Positions 21,331 to 31,800 of a stretch of 64,000 nt of DNA are shown in pieces. The translations under genes and the position numbers were made by a program. Below the pieces are notes generated by a model. It saw only the letters and a program-made list of their open reading frames with translations. It was not told the DNA's origin and made no database searches. This DNA is from Perkinsela sp. CCAP 1560/9 (taxonomy: Eukaryota > Protista > Euglenozoa: Kinetoplastea), in contig CBFFSA010000002.1 of the NCBI GenBank assembly GCA_965644495.1, forward strand, positions 496,001 through 560,000. Direction: 5' to 3'. Every line of letters begins with the position of its first letter. The stretch's first letter is position 1.

Positions 21331-21822
21331 GTACTAAACTGGGCGTATGATAAATTGTTCGCATATGTAAATCTCTAGTGGCGAATGTATAATATTTCTT
21401 CTTAGTGTAAGATTCACCGGATAATTCGAAAATTTGGTCAATGTACATGTATACTTTAGAAAGTTCAGAAAGGTGAAGAGCATAATCTGAATCATCAGAT
21501 TGTGAATGTGTAAAAACAAATTGACAATATGTATAAAACAGTACTTGCCACATGGGAGTGCGCAGGTCAGCCGAATTAATAAAACATCTTCAATCTCACG
21601 GTGAATGCTCCACCTATACAACGAGAACCTTACACTACAAAAGGTGAGCTTCCTCTAAATGTTTTGCCTGGCATTGCCAACCCAATTCCAGCTCTACTTC
21701 CTCTCCCTTCGGACTTGGGAAATAAAAAGGTTCTGCAATAGGTCAGGGCACGCTCTGTGCTATGGATCTCTCTAGCATTGTTCGTTCTTCTTGGAAGCCT
21801 TCCTTACAGGGTTTAAATGAAG

Positions 21823-22767
21823 TTACCATTGTGAGCATGTGAGATCAAACATGTCTTTTTTAGATGAACTGTTTCCTATTGGTAAACTATTTGCTTCAAT
21901 AGTTGCCAAATCGGTTCCAGCATCTCCTTGTCTGACTCTTTTTCGCGATACAACTGCTCTCTTGTTTGTTTCATGAACCCTGGAGCTTGTAGGAGAACTT
22001 GTCTTATGAGAATCTAAATTAGGTGCTGCAAAGATGTTGCTATCAAACCGAGGAGCCTCAAGCCAATCATCAGTCACCAGATCTACGAACGGAACATTCT
22101 TCGTGGCCACCTTTAATTCGTAATACGATCTTTGGTCTGTCTGGCAAAGTCCAACTTTATCGTGACTTGTATTCGTAGATACTTTCCTCAAAGGCTGGCA
22201 GTCTTGTCGCAAGGACTGCTTTACGAACGACTTCTTCCGTGTGGTGGAGAGTACGAGTGGTGCTTTCTCATGTTTTAGAGCCACGGAAACGACACGAGTC
22301 TCGGGACCAAAAATACGCACTTCATGAGTTGTCGGTGCTGAGATGGGCTTTGAGATAGAACCCCCTTTTGGTGCATTGTTGGCCGGTGTTACCTGAATAT
22401 TAGTGTCCCTCTGTGATGAAAGTTTCGACTGTGAATCATTCACTTCTTCGTTTGCAACCTTATCCGGTTCCCAGATCAACTGCAATTGTGTGGAGGCACC
22501 AAGTAAAAGTTTCTGATGTGCCTTTAAGAGTAACGGCTCACGTGACCCAGGACGAATTTTTTGATCCCCTAAGCTACTTCCGAAGCGAGAGTGATCACGA
22601 AACATGACTCCGCTCCTTGTTACCTCAAGTGTAGCGTGCATGCGACTTAGACTCATGTCCTCTGAAAATGTGAGATCGGTGTCCTTCCTTCCAAGCGTAT
22701 ACATACGATTGCATTCCAAAGGGTGACGATTGTTAAACACACCGCCATGGAGTAAAATCCAACCCAT
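21823..22767 (-). CDS. FHA-domain protein, NBS1-like (short)
   Basis: MGW start; FHA motifs LGRK, D.SLSRMHA, D.SRFGS; RKKSFVKQ resembles the Nbs1 Mre11-binding motif. Confidence 0.6.
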   Translation of the reverse strand: MGWILLHGGVFNNRHPLECNRMYTLGRKDTDLTFSEDMSLSRMHATLEVTRSGVMFRDHSRFGSSLGDQKIRPGSREPLLLKAHQKLLLGASTQLQLIWEPDKVANEEVNDSQSKLSSQRDTNIQVTPANNAPKGGSISKPISAPTTHEVRIFGPETRVVSVALKHEKAPLVLSTTRKKSFVKQSLRQDCQPLRKVSTNTSHDKVGLCQTDQRSYYELKVATKNVPFVDLVTDDWLEAPRFDSNIFAAPNLDSHKTSSPTSSRVHETNKRAVVSRKRVRQGDAGTDLATIEANSLPIGNSSSKKDMFDLTCSQW

Positions 22768-23039
22768 CAATTTTAATTCTTCGGTCAATAAAACTCAAAC
22801 GTGTGGCAAGCACTTTGCATTATGTCATAACATGATGAATTTAAAAAATACAAACTGTCATTGAAAAGTGAGTCAAGCGTTGTGAAAGCTAAAAGGTGCG
22901 GAAAGCTAAAAGGGGTCAAGCAAACGAGTGATTCTTTTCTCTATCAAAGAGTCTCCCTATCAACACATATCCTTCGAATATCACTAATCGACGAATTCCA
23001 CCTTCTAAGCTCAGCCCCATCGACTCACACCTTTCACTC

Positions 23040-24986
23040 CTACGAACCCTTCCTCTTTCTTTTTCTCCCCCCTCCTCCCGGACACTCCCTCGTAAACGTA
23101 GCCACAAAAAATGGCCTCTCCACACACCTTACACATTTTTTCGCCACCTCCGCCACCCTCTCCTCCGCCCCCTCTCCCCACCCCTCCACCTTCCACCCCC
23201 TCTCCCTCCACCCCGGCAACGTCTCCCTCACCCCCCACCCCCTCCCGCTCACCTCCCCCTGCTCCAACCCCCACAACACCACCTCCTCATTCTCCTCTAC
23301 CCGTGCACTACACGTGCTGTATACCACAGTCGTTGCGTTCGGGAACGCGGTTAACGCGTGGTACACCACTTTACGTTGAAACCCACGTAGTTTGCGTATC
23401 CGGGCCTCGGATACGCCATCCGTCTCCCCCTCCCCCTTTTCATGTCCCCCTGAGCAGCTGGGGTCACACAGAATCGCCTGGGCGTCCTCCCAGAAGAAAT
23501 TGGTAAAATCTCCGAGACGGCACTCAATGTAGGGGTCGCCCCCGTACTGGGTCACACGACGTTGTAGGGTGTTGAACCGTGTGGGGTCGCGTTCTATGGC
23601 GACAATGTGGAGAGAGGGTTCCGAGTTTTCGGTTTGATCTCGAGATTGGAGATGGTCTTGGAGTGCGGGAAGAGGCTCCTTTCCCGAGTCCCCCTCCTTA
23701 CCCACCCCTGCTTGATTTTGAATAAACGAACGCACACACTCCCCCGTATTCATCTCGTCACCTACCCCCCCTTGATTTTGAAGACTTAAACCCGCCCTCT
23801 GTCCTGTCTCCCTCTCTTCACCCCCATCTCCCTGTTTTCGTACTAAACCACCCACCCTCTCCTCTTTCCTCCCCGTTTCTCCCTCCTCCCCCTTGTTTGC
23901 TTGGGGAACACAATCCCTCTTCGCCTTAGGCTTCTCCCTCTTCCTTTTCCTCTCCCCCTTCCTCTTTCTACCCCCCTCTTCCCTCTCCTCCCTCCCCTCT
24001 TCCTCTACCTTTCCATCCCCCTCCCCCTCCTCCCTCTTTCCACCCCCCTCTTCCTCTTCCCTCTCCCCCTCCTCCCTCCCCTCTTCCTCTTCCCTCTCCT
24101 CCACCTTCCCCTCCTCCCTCCCCTCTTCCTCTACCTTTCCATCCCCCTCCCCCTCCCCCCTCTTCCTACCCCCCTCCCCCTCCTCCCTCCCCTCTTCCTC
24201 TACCTTTCCACCCCCCTCCCCCTCCTCCCTCTTTCTACCCCCCTCCCCCTCCTCCCCCCCCTTTCCCCCCCCCTTCTCCCTCCCCCCCTCCCTCCTCCCC
24301 TTCCACCACAGCGACGCCAGCTGCAGCGTCTTGTTCCCCGGGGCCGCGCACGCGTCCACCACCCGCGTCACCCCCCCCGCCGCCCCCCACAGCGCGTGCG
24401 CGGGCAGGCACGACCCCAGGCGCTGCTGCAGCACCCACCCCCGGCCCGCGGCCCCCCGCACCCACCCCGGGGGGGACCCCGGGGGGAGCGCGAGCACGTC
24501 CGGGGCACACGCCGCCCCGACCCACGGGGAGGGGAGCCACCAGCAGGGGGCGAGCAGGTAGTTGAGACGGATGTAGGAGGGGAGGGGGGGAGGGGGGAGG
24601 GGGGGGGTTGGGGGGGGAGTCTCCGGGGGGGAGATGCGGGTGGAGGTTTGGGTGATGGCATCGTGGTGGAGACGGATCACGGTGGCGATGTATTTGGAGG
24701 TACGGATACCTCCGGCGAAGAGGTGGTCGTGTAGCATGGTGCGGAGGATGCCGAGGGTTTCGGCGGTTTGTATGGTGGGATGGTGACGTAAGGTGGCTTG
24801 GGCGGGAATAAGGAGATTTAACTCGTGGATAATCTCATCTAACAAGGGCAGGCGCTTGAGGGTCTCGCTGGCGACGGCAAAGGTTTGACGTTTCTTCTCC
24901 ATGGCTTTCCCCAGGCATAAGTTCAGAGAGCCTCTGTGTTCCGCGCATTCGGTAACCACAAACCCTGCCTGCCGATAAACATCCAT
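23040..24986 (-). CDS. NSUN5: rRNA m5C methyltransferase (NSUN5/Rcm1-like) with a ~230-aa low-complexity insert
   Basis: YIRLN, SCLPA, VDACAAPGNKT, DPSCSG, YSTCS..EENE.VV, FFVA; EEG/REE-rich insert between motif I and AIERD. Confidence 0.8.
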   Translation of the reverse strand: MDVYRQAGFVVTECAEHRGSLNLCLGKAMEKKRQTFAVASETLKRLPLLDEIIHELNLLIPAQATLRHHPTIQTAETLGILRTMLHDHLFAGGIRTSKYIATVIRLHHDAITQTSTRISPPETPPPTPPLPPPPLPSYIRLNYLLAPCWWLPSPWVGAACAPDVLALPPGSPPGWVRGAAGRGWVLQQRLGSCLPAHALWGAAGGVTRVVDACAAPGNKTLQLASLWWKGRREGGREKGGGKGGEEGEGGRKREEGEGGGKVEEEGREEGEGGRKRGEGEGDGKVEEEGREEGKVEEREEEEGREEGEREEEEGGGKREEGEGDGKVEEEGREEREEGGRKRKGERKRKREKPKAKRDCVPQANKGEEGETGRKEERVGGLVRKQGDGGEERETGQRAGLSLQNQGGVGDEMNTGECVRSFIQNQAGVGKEGDSGKEPLPALQDHLQSRDQTENSEPSLHIVAIERDPTRFNTLQRRVTQYGGDPYIECRLGDFTNFFWEDAQAILCDPSCSGGHEKGEGETDGVSEARIRKLRGFQRKVVYHALTAFPNATTVVYSTCSARVEENEEVVLWGLEQGEVSGRGWGVRETLPGWRERGWKVEGWGEGAEERVAEVAKKCVRCVERPFFVATFTRECPGGGGRKRKRKGS

Positions 24987-25395
24987 CTTAAAAGTCTTGC
25001 AATGAAATGAGTCAAGTCACCCGTTACTTTTTGACTACACAGACAACGTTTTCAGGACGGGGGAATTACACATAACATAGTCCTTTTATTGAAGTACTGC
25101 TCCCACCTACAAAGATTAATGAAGCCTAGGTAAAATTCCCAGAATGAAATGCTGCGGTTGACTTCTCTGCCCTAAAATACAATATTGTTTGAACAGTACG
25201 TACGAAAGGTAACATGTATGTACAAACTCAATACAAAACATGCAGTGACCTCTCATCACCTCAACTACAGACAAACCCTTTTCGGTTCACCAGTAGTCCC
25301 TACCTCCTCCCGTTTCACAACGCTTTCACAGAAAGCGCGTTCCCGAGAGTACTACCCTCTCCCTCCGTCCCCTCCCTTGAACTTCCCGTGGTCCC

Positions 25396-26037
25396 TCAAT
25401 CCACCCCTTCCCCCACCTCCGTGGGCATGGGGGTCTCTCCCCCGTTCCGCTGGCTTCCCCACCACGGGGAGAGGTCCTGTAGCGGGGGAAGCACAGGCAG
25501 GCTATCCAGGATATCCCCCAGGGACGCACTCCTGGCCCCCCCGTCCCCCTCCCCTTGCCACTCCACCATCTCATGCTGGAGTACGGGTCGACGGAGCGCG
25601 TTGTGAAACGTAACCCGACGACGCGATGGCACCGGGAGTGACGTGACACGAGAGGGGTGGGAGGAGGGGGAGGGGGTCGTATCCCCACCATGGGGTTCGA
25701 CGATTCCCCCCAAGGTGGCTTGGTTCGGTGGGGGGGTCGTAGTAGTAGTAACTCCCCTCCCCTCCCCCTCCCCGTGCTGCTGCTGCTCCTCCTCCTCCAC
25801 CAGACTGACACTCTCGTAGGCTAAGTAACACCCCCCGGCCTCGAGTGTGGTGTGGGGGGAGGAGAGGAGGAGCGCACGGCTAAGGGGGGCACCCGAGGGG
25901 CTGCACTGGATTACCCCGGAGAGGGTGGGGACCTTGGCGCGGAGCTCCTCGACGGTGTGAAAAGGTCCAGCGCAAATCATCTCGAGCGCGTCCCCTCGTC
26001 GTGCGTAGATGGAGCGGGGTGCGTCCGAGGCGTCCAT
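25396..26037 (-). CDS. Hypothetical protein
   Basis: 213-aa ORF on the cluster strand; no motif recognised. Confidence 0.45.
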   Translation of the reverse strand: MDASDAPRSIYARRGDALEMICAGPFHTVEELRAKVPTLSGVIQCSPSGAPLSRALLLSSPHTTLEAGGCYLAYESVSLVEEEEQQQHGEGEGRGVTTTTTPPPNQATLGGIVEPHGGDTTPSPSSHPSRVTSLPVPSRRRVTFHNALRRPVLQHEMVEWQGEGDGGARSASLGDILDSLPVLPPLQDLSPWWGSQRNGGETPMPTEVGEGVD

Positions 26038-26358
26038 AGAGGTGAAGGGATAGAAGAAAGTGAGGAATAAAAGAAGAGGGGGGGGGATAAATAAATGTGT
26101 GGGAATGTTAACTTAGATAGCCTGAATGTGTGTGTTTTATTTTGAAATTTCGAGTTTAAATTTTCGTTATGGCCACTTTGAGTTTTCGAAAGCAGATATG
26201 TAATGAGAAAGGACCACGCACTTTTGCAGCACGTATCTCATTTCACTGAGTACTAAGTGAATGTTTTCTATGGTGTAGTGCTTACGATTGCGACCGCAGT
26301 CTACCGTTTCTTTCCTAGTGAAGTAAGGAAGAAACTAAAAAAATGAATACATATTCCG

Positions 26359-26655
26359 TTAGCCTGTGTAAGAGAGAATAATACGATCCGAAAAAGCCCA
26401 TGACGTGGGCCGTGGGGATGTATTTGGAGTTCTGTCAACAACCGTGTACCCGATACTTTGAAGCTGTTTTAAGGCATCGTCAACCATAAGCGCCTCCTCG
26501 GGCTCGTAGAAAAGCTTTGCATTTCGCTCCACGCATTCAATTTCGGCGCTTTTCTTGAGTTCCATTCTGGTTAAAGCAATGTCAGCCGTGACACATAGCG
26601 GCAAATGCTGAAAAGTGGATTTACCTATAAATTCGGCGAAAACGGCAAGTCGCAT
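26359..26655 (-). CDS. Small hypothetical protein
   Basis: 98-aa ORF on the cluster strand with AT-rich flanks. Confidence 0.4.
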   Translation of the reverse strand: MRLAVFAEFIGKSTFQHLPLCVTADIALTRMELKKSAEIECVERNAKLFYEPEEALMVDDALKQLQSIGYTVVDRTPNTSPRPTSWAFSDRIILSYTG

Positions 26656-27063
26656 CTTTTCATAAAAAATAGATAGGCCGCGTTTGGTGTAAAATTGAAG
26701 CTACTTAATATAAAGAATTCTATAAATTTATTCTGATTACAGTGCACACAATTATTAATGTAACATTAATTCGTAAATCAAAAATTAATAAATTGTTAAT
26801 TGGTACCGCATACCCCCCAGTAAGATAATGGGTTTTGGGTCAAAATGGATAAATCTCTCTTCCTGGGGGGGATATGCTTTTTTGGTCGGTTTTCTCTTTT
26901 CTCCCAACTTTTTTGACATATTTGTTAAAATGCAGTGCTTGATTTTCCCAAGGGGATGGCAAGCACTGGTCGTCTGTTCCAGAGCTCTCGAATACACTAC
27001 TATTGTCCAAAATTAGTCACCCCTGTATGTATAACATAGAATGTGTATGTATGTATGTATGTA

Positions 27064-28552
27064 CAGGGGTGTAAATTTGGATGTGGGGTGGTCTAAAATT
27101 CGTAAAATTTGGCCATTTTTGGAAAATAATAGCGCATTCGAGAGATCTCGAACAGGGCTCATGAACGTGCATATACCGTATCCGTGTTAATTAGATTTTC
27201 GAATGCATATAAAAAAACTTAGTGTTTTGGAAGACGAAATCCTGCAATTTTCACAATTTTTCTGTTTTTTGCTCCTATTCATGCCACAACGACGGGATTG
27301 TGGACGATCTCCGGAACATAATAGCACTCCGAAAGGGCTTATTCCTCGCCTGGGCACATAAAAGCAAGCTGGTATGTATGTATGTATGTATGTATGTATG
27401 TATGTATGTATGTATGTATGTATGTATGTATGTATGTATGTATGTATGTATGTATGTATGTATGTATGTATGTATGTATGTATGTATGTATGTATGTATG
27501 TATGTATGTATGTATGTATGTATGTATGTATGTATGTATGTATGTATGTATGTATGTATGTATGTATGTATGTATGTATGTATGTATGTATGTATGTATG
27601 TATGTATGTATGTATGTATGTATGTATGTATGTATGTATGTATGTATGTATGTATGTATGTATGTATGTATGTATGTATGTATGTATGTATGTATGTATG
27701 TATGTATGATTTTTTTTAAATTATAGAAACACATGCGTCTGTGACCCCTATTATGGTAAGTCAAGACGTTCTCACTCGAGCATACCGCGGAGAAAGACAC
27801 CTACGCATTAGACGCACGACAAGTACCACCTGGAGCACGTTCACGAGCATAAAAGCTGCAGCGTCAAGCGATATTGCTAAGGAATGCTACCCGAACGCCG
27901 ATACAGCGCGCATCGCGATTACCAAAGCTATCGATCTTGGGAAACTGGCCAATGGACTTATCGTGGAAGCAATCGAAGTCTCTCGATTCCGCATACGAAA
28001 AACTGGGAAGCCGACTCTTGGGAGTACTTTCGCAATGTGACCGAATTGCATGATAAAATCTTCACCACGTACGCCAAACCAGAAACACTTTCCCGTGCCA
28101 TCAAAAGCTATCTCGAAGGGAAATCTCCACCAGCACTACGAGACTACGAAATTCAGACAGTTTCACAAGTCATCGAACCGAAACAAGCCACGGAAGAACT
28201 TCAAGATACCTCTGTACCCCAACCCACGGAATGTAAGCACATACAGGGGTGTAAATTTGGATGTGGGGGGTGTCTAAAATTTGTAAAACTTGGCCAATTT
28301 TGGAAAATTATAGCGCATTCGAGAGCTCTCGAACAGGGCTCATGAACGTGCATGTACGGCATCTGCGTTAATAAGATTTTCAAGTGCACATAAGAAAACT
28401 CATTTTTTTGGGAGACAAAATCTTTCATTTTTCACAGGTTTTCTGATTTCTCCCCTGATTCATGCAACAAAGACGGGGTTGTGGGCGATCGCCCGAACAC
28501 AAAGACTACGAAAGGGCTTACTCTTCGCCTGGGCACGTAAAAGCAAGCTGGT
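27064..28552 (+). repeat. Two ~310-bp direct copies of a Tc1-type left end (27064-27373 and 28244-28552)
   Basis: Both begin TA|CAGGGGTGTAAATTTGGATGTGGGG and end AAGCAAGCTGGT; a related inverted end lies at ~26960-27025. Confidence 0.75.
27373..27708. repeat. (TATG)n microsatellite, ~84 units
   Basis: Perfect tetranucleotide array. Confidence 0.98.
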
Positions 28553-28860
28553 GCACGGTTCTTGTTGCCGATTACGAAACAACACAATCTTTTTCGCTCT
28601 AAAAATTTATTTTCCATAGTGGGCGACTTCAAAAATGGTTGAGCCCCTCGGAATCGCGCAGATTTGATCATTGCGATCGAAGCAGCGTTTCAAGGCTCCT
28701 GAAAATGCCATGAAGAGCTTTCGAAAGCGATGCCGTATTGTAATTGAGATAAAACGACGATAATGGCAATTATTAAATTTTTTCTTTCGATATTTGCTGT
28801 TGCTTTAGAAAGTTGCAAATAGCATTTGGGGGTTCTTTGTCTAGGGGGTAATACCCCCTT

Positions 28861-31800
28861 GTGCCTAGTTCGGCCGAACCTACATTGCGACGAACACAAG
28901 ATCCAGCAACGACGTCCAATGTAGTTGCCCCCGAATGCAAACACTCATGCAAAGAAAAGAAAACGTGTGCGCATCCCTGCTGCAAAAGACATTTACTAAC
29001 AGGAAACGAAAGAGACGCCGCATCTGACCCTTCGTCACAAAGTTCCGACACGACGCCCAAGCAAGAGCAGTTAACAGAATGTAAGCACCCATGTACAGAC
29101 AAAAGGGTATGTGGACATCCATGTTGCAAACGCCACATTCCAAACACGAATACAGTTCAAAGCATTGACACGGAGAGCCATTCAAACCTCAATACCAGCA
29201 CCTCATCAGCAAGCGCTCTCCCACCACCCCTGACACCGCCAACCCCTACCCCAGGAGACGGAACACCTGGAACGATTGCGAGTGCAGTCTATCGAAATCT
29301 TGTCAACCTTGGCCTCAACCTACTTGGGGTACCTACCCACATCGAGGAACCTAGTGAGGTAGTGCACCACGCAAGTAACGTAAGATCCACACTACAGATC
29401 GATGACACTCGTAACGCTGAGGAACCCGCCACAGACACGACTAAACAGGAATGCAAACACCATTGCAAGAACAAGCGGGACTGTGCCCACGCATGTTGCA
29501 AGCGCCACCTCCCTGACCTACCCACTTCGACCCCGGAACTAAGCACCTCGAACACACAGGAAGCGAGTGCTAATACATCGGGAATCACCAGAGAACAGAC
29601 CAACCGAACCGGGTGTAATGACGGCCGTATTTGCAAGCACACGTGCACCAACCGTTTCTCATGCAGGCACTACTGCTGTAAGAGAAATCTCCCGGAGCCA
29701 GATTCGCGGGAAAGCCTCCTCTCTGCAGTTAAGAGTCTCAACGGCTCGCGGACAAACCTGAAACTGAGGTCTGCGACGTGGGAACTTATTAATAATCACG
29801 CTTACGAACTTTTTCTGCGCTACAAACTAACCGAGGTTCAAAATGCGTGTGACGCCGAAGCCAGTATTGATATCCTATCCGCATGTATTGTTGTGAGCTG
29901 CACCCTGGCAGCAACCAAAGACCATGGCGACAGGGGAGTCACCCTACGGGGCTACAAGCCTCCACAAAGACTTCACCGTCGTCCAACATCGATGGAAAAA
30001 GTCAGTCAACTGCTCCTTCACGAAGCGAAAATGCTAAGAGGTAAGGCCCGCCGATCGCCGCATGATACCCGAACCCACCTCCTGCGGCAAGCTAAGAACG
30101 CGGAAAAGGCTGCAGCAATTTACACAAGAGAAGCGTGCCTGCAACGAGAATGGCGGGAAACTAGGGAAGCGCAATACAGATTCAATCAAAATGCATGGGG
30201 TGCGACAACAGAAACATTTGAACAACCCACTGACACTACCTGTTCGCCGTCACATCCCACCTGCCCGAACTCTACCATCACTGAACACTTCAAGAAAATA
30301 CTCTCGCCACCTATTCGGCAAACAAGTCTCCCTGATCCCTCACAATTGCCGAGTAATGAGGGTACATTTCACACTTGGACCAAAATCAGCCACCTGGAAG
30401 TCACGCGTGCAGCCATGAGGAAAAAGTGTAATTCTGCTCCTGGCCGCGATACGGTACAAAATACTGCGCTTAAGAAGCTGAAACTCTTACACAAGCCACT
30501 AGCGCAGTGCTTCAATGCCTTGCTTCACTGGAATGTCTGTCCCAAGGAATGGAAATATGCCATCGTCAAGCTCCTCCACAAAGGAGACGACCCGAAAGTT
30601 CCTACCAACTGGCGTCCAATTGCCTTGACCTCATGCATCGGTAAACTTCTACACTCCATCATTTCGACCCGTATCACTGAATATGCAGTCTCAGAAGGCA
30701 TTCTGGATGCGTCCGTACAAAAGGGATTTCTTCCAAAGCTGACAGGGTGCAGTGAACACACAGCAACGATTAGTCACTGCATCCGCTACGCAAAGCACCA
30801 CAACAAATCACTCTGTATGGTACAATACGATCTGAGTAATGCTTTTGGGTCTGTACCTCATGAGGTAATTTTCGCTGCATTACAATGGGCCCATATTGAC
30901 CCGATTATTGTACGCTATGTTCGAAAGCTTTACGAGAACACATCCATCGCGCTAAAGCTGGCAGACGGACTCAGTGAAAGCATCGACATCAATGTCGGAG
31001 TCCTCCAAGGAGACACACTATCGCCTATCCTCTTCAACCTTGTTATGGAAACCGTCATACGCTAACAGCAAGACCAACCCTAGGGTTTAACACCGGAGAG
31101 AGTCAACATTTCTGCAAAGCCTTCGCGGATGATCTCACTTTCCTCACCGATACCCCCAGGCAGGCCCAAGACACTGCAGAAATTCTTGAAGCAGCGCTTT
31201 CGTCTCTCAACATGAAACTCAACCTAGCAAAATGCCGCGTGTACTGCATAGGACGAAAGGACAATGGGAGTTTCACCACTCTCTCCCCTAACTTCAAAAT
31301 CGGGCAAGGAACGATACCCCACGTAGCTGATAAAGGGACAAAGTTTCTCGGTACGACAATCGCAAAAGGACGAGAGACCCCCCAAGTGCTCTTCAGAGCA
31401 ATGCGAAACAAGATCAGGGAAATGCTGAGTAAAATTGACAAAAGCAGTCACGCTGCGTATGCTAAACTCTGGCTGTACGAAAACGCGATCCTAAGCCGCT
31501 TACGTTACGTCATGTCAGTTCACGACTGCCTCACTCTTAATCTGGTGAAGAGACTCCAAAAAACGTGCAGCAGATACTTGCGCAAATGGACAAATTTGAT
31601 GTCGTTCGCACATCCAGATCAACTTTACATTCGAAATGGAGGATGGAGCCTCACCTCCCTAATCCAACTCTGGCGCGAAAGCACAGTCTCGTGCCTCAGC
31701 ACATTAAAGAAATCCACAGACCCGTCCGTCACCCACGCACTCGAGGAACGTATGACATGGGAACGAAATCTTCAGGTTTCAAATCACCACAGAATACGCC

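Noticed and set aside
27222-27800. ORFs of MYVC/HTYI repeats
   Set aside because: Translation artefacts of the (TATG)n microsatellite.
27741-28240. Chromodomain/integrase remnant between the direct repeats, suggesting an LTR element
   Set aside because: Only a weak DSWE..N match; the repeats start TA|CAGGGG like Tc1 ends and lack TG...CA, PBS or PPT.
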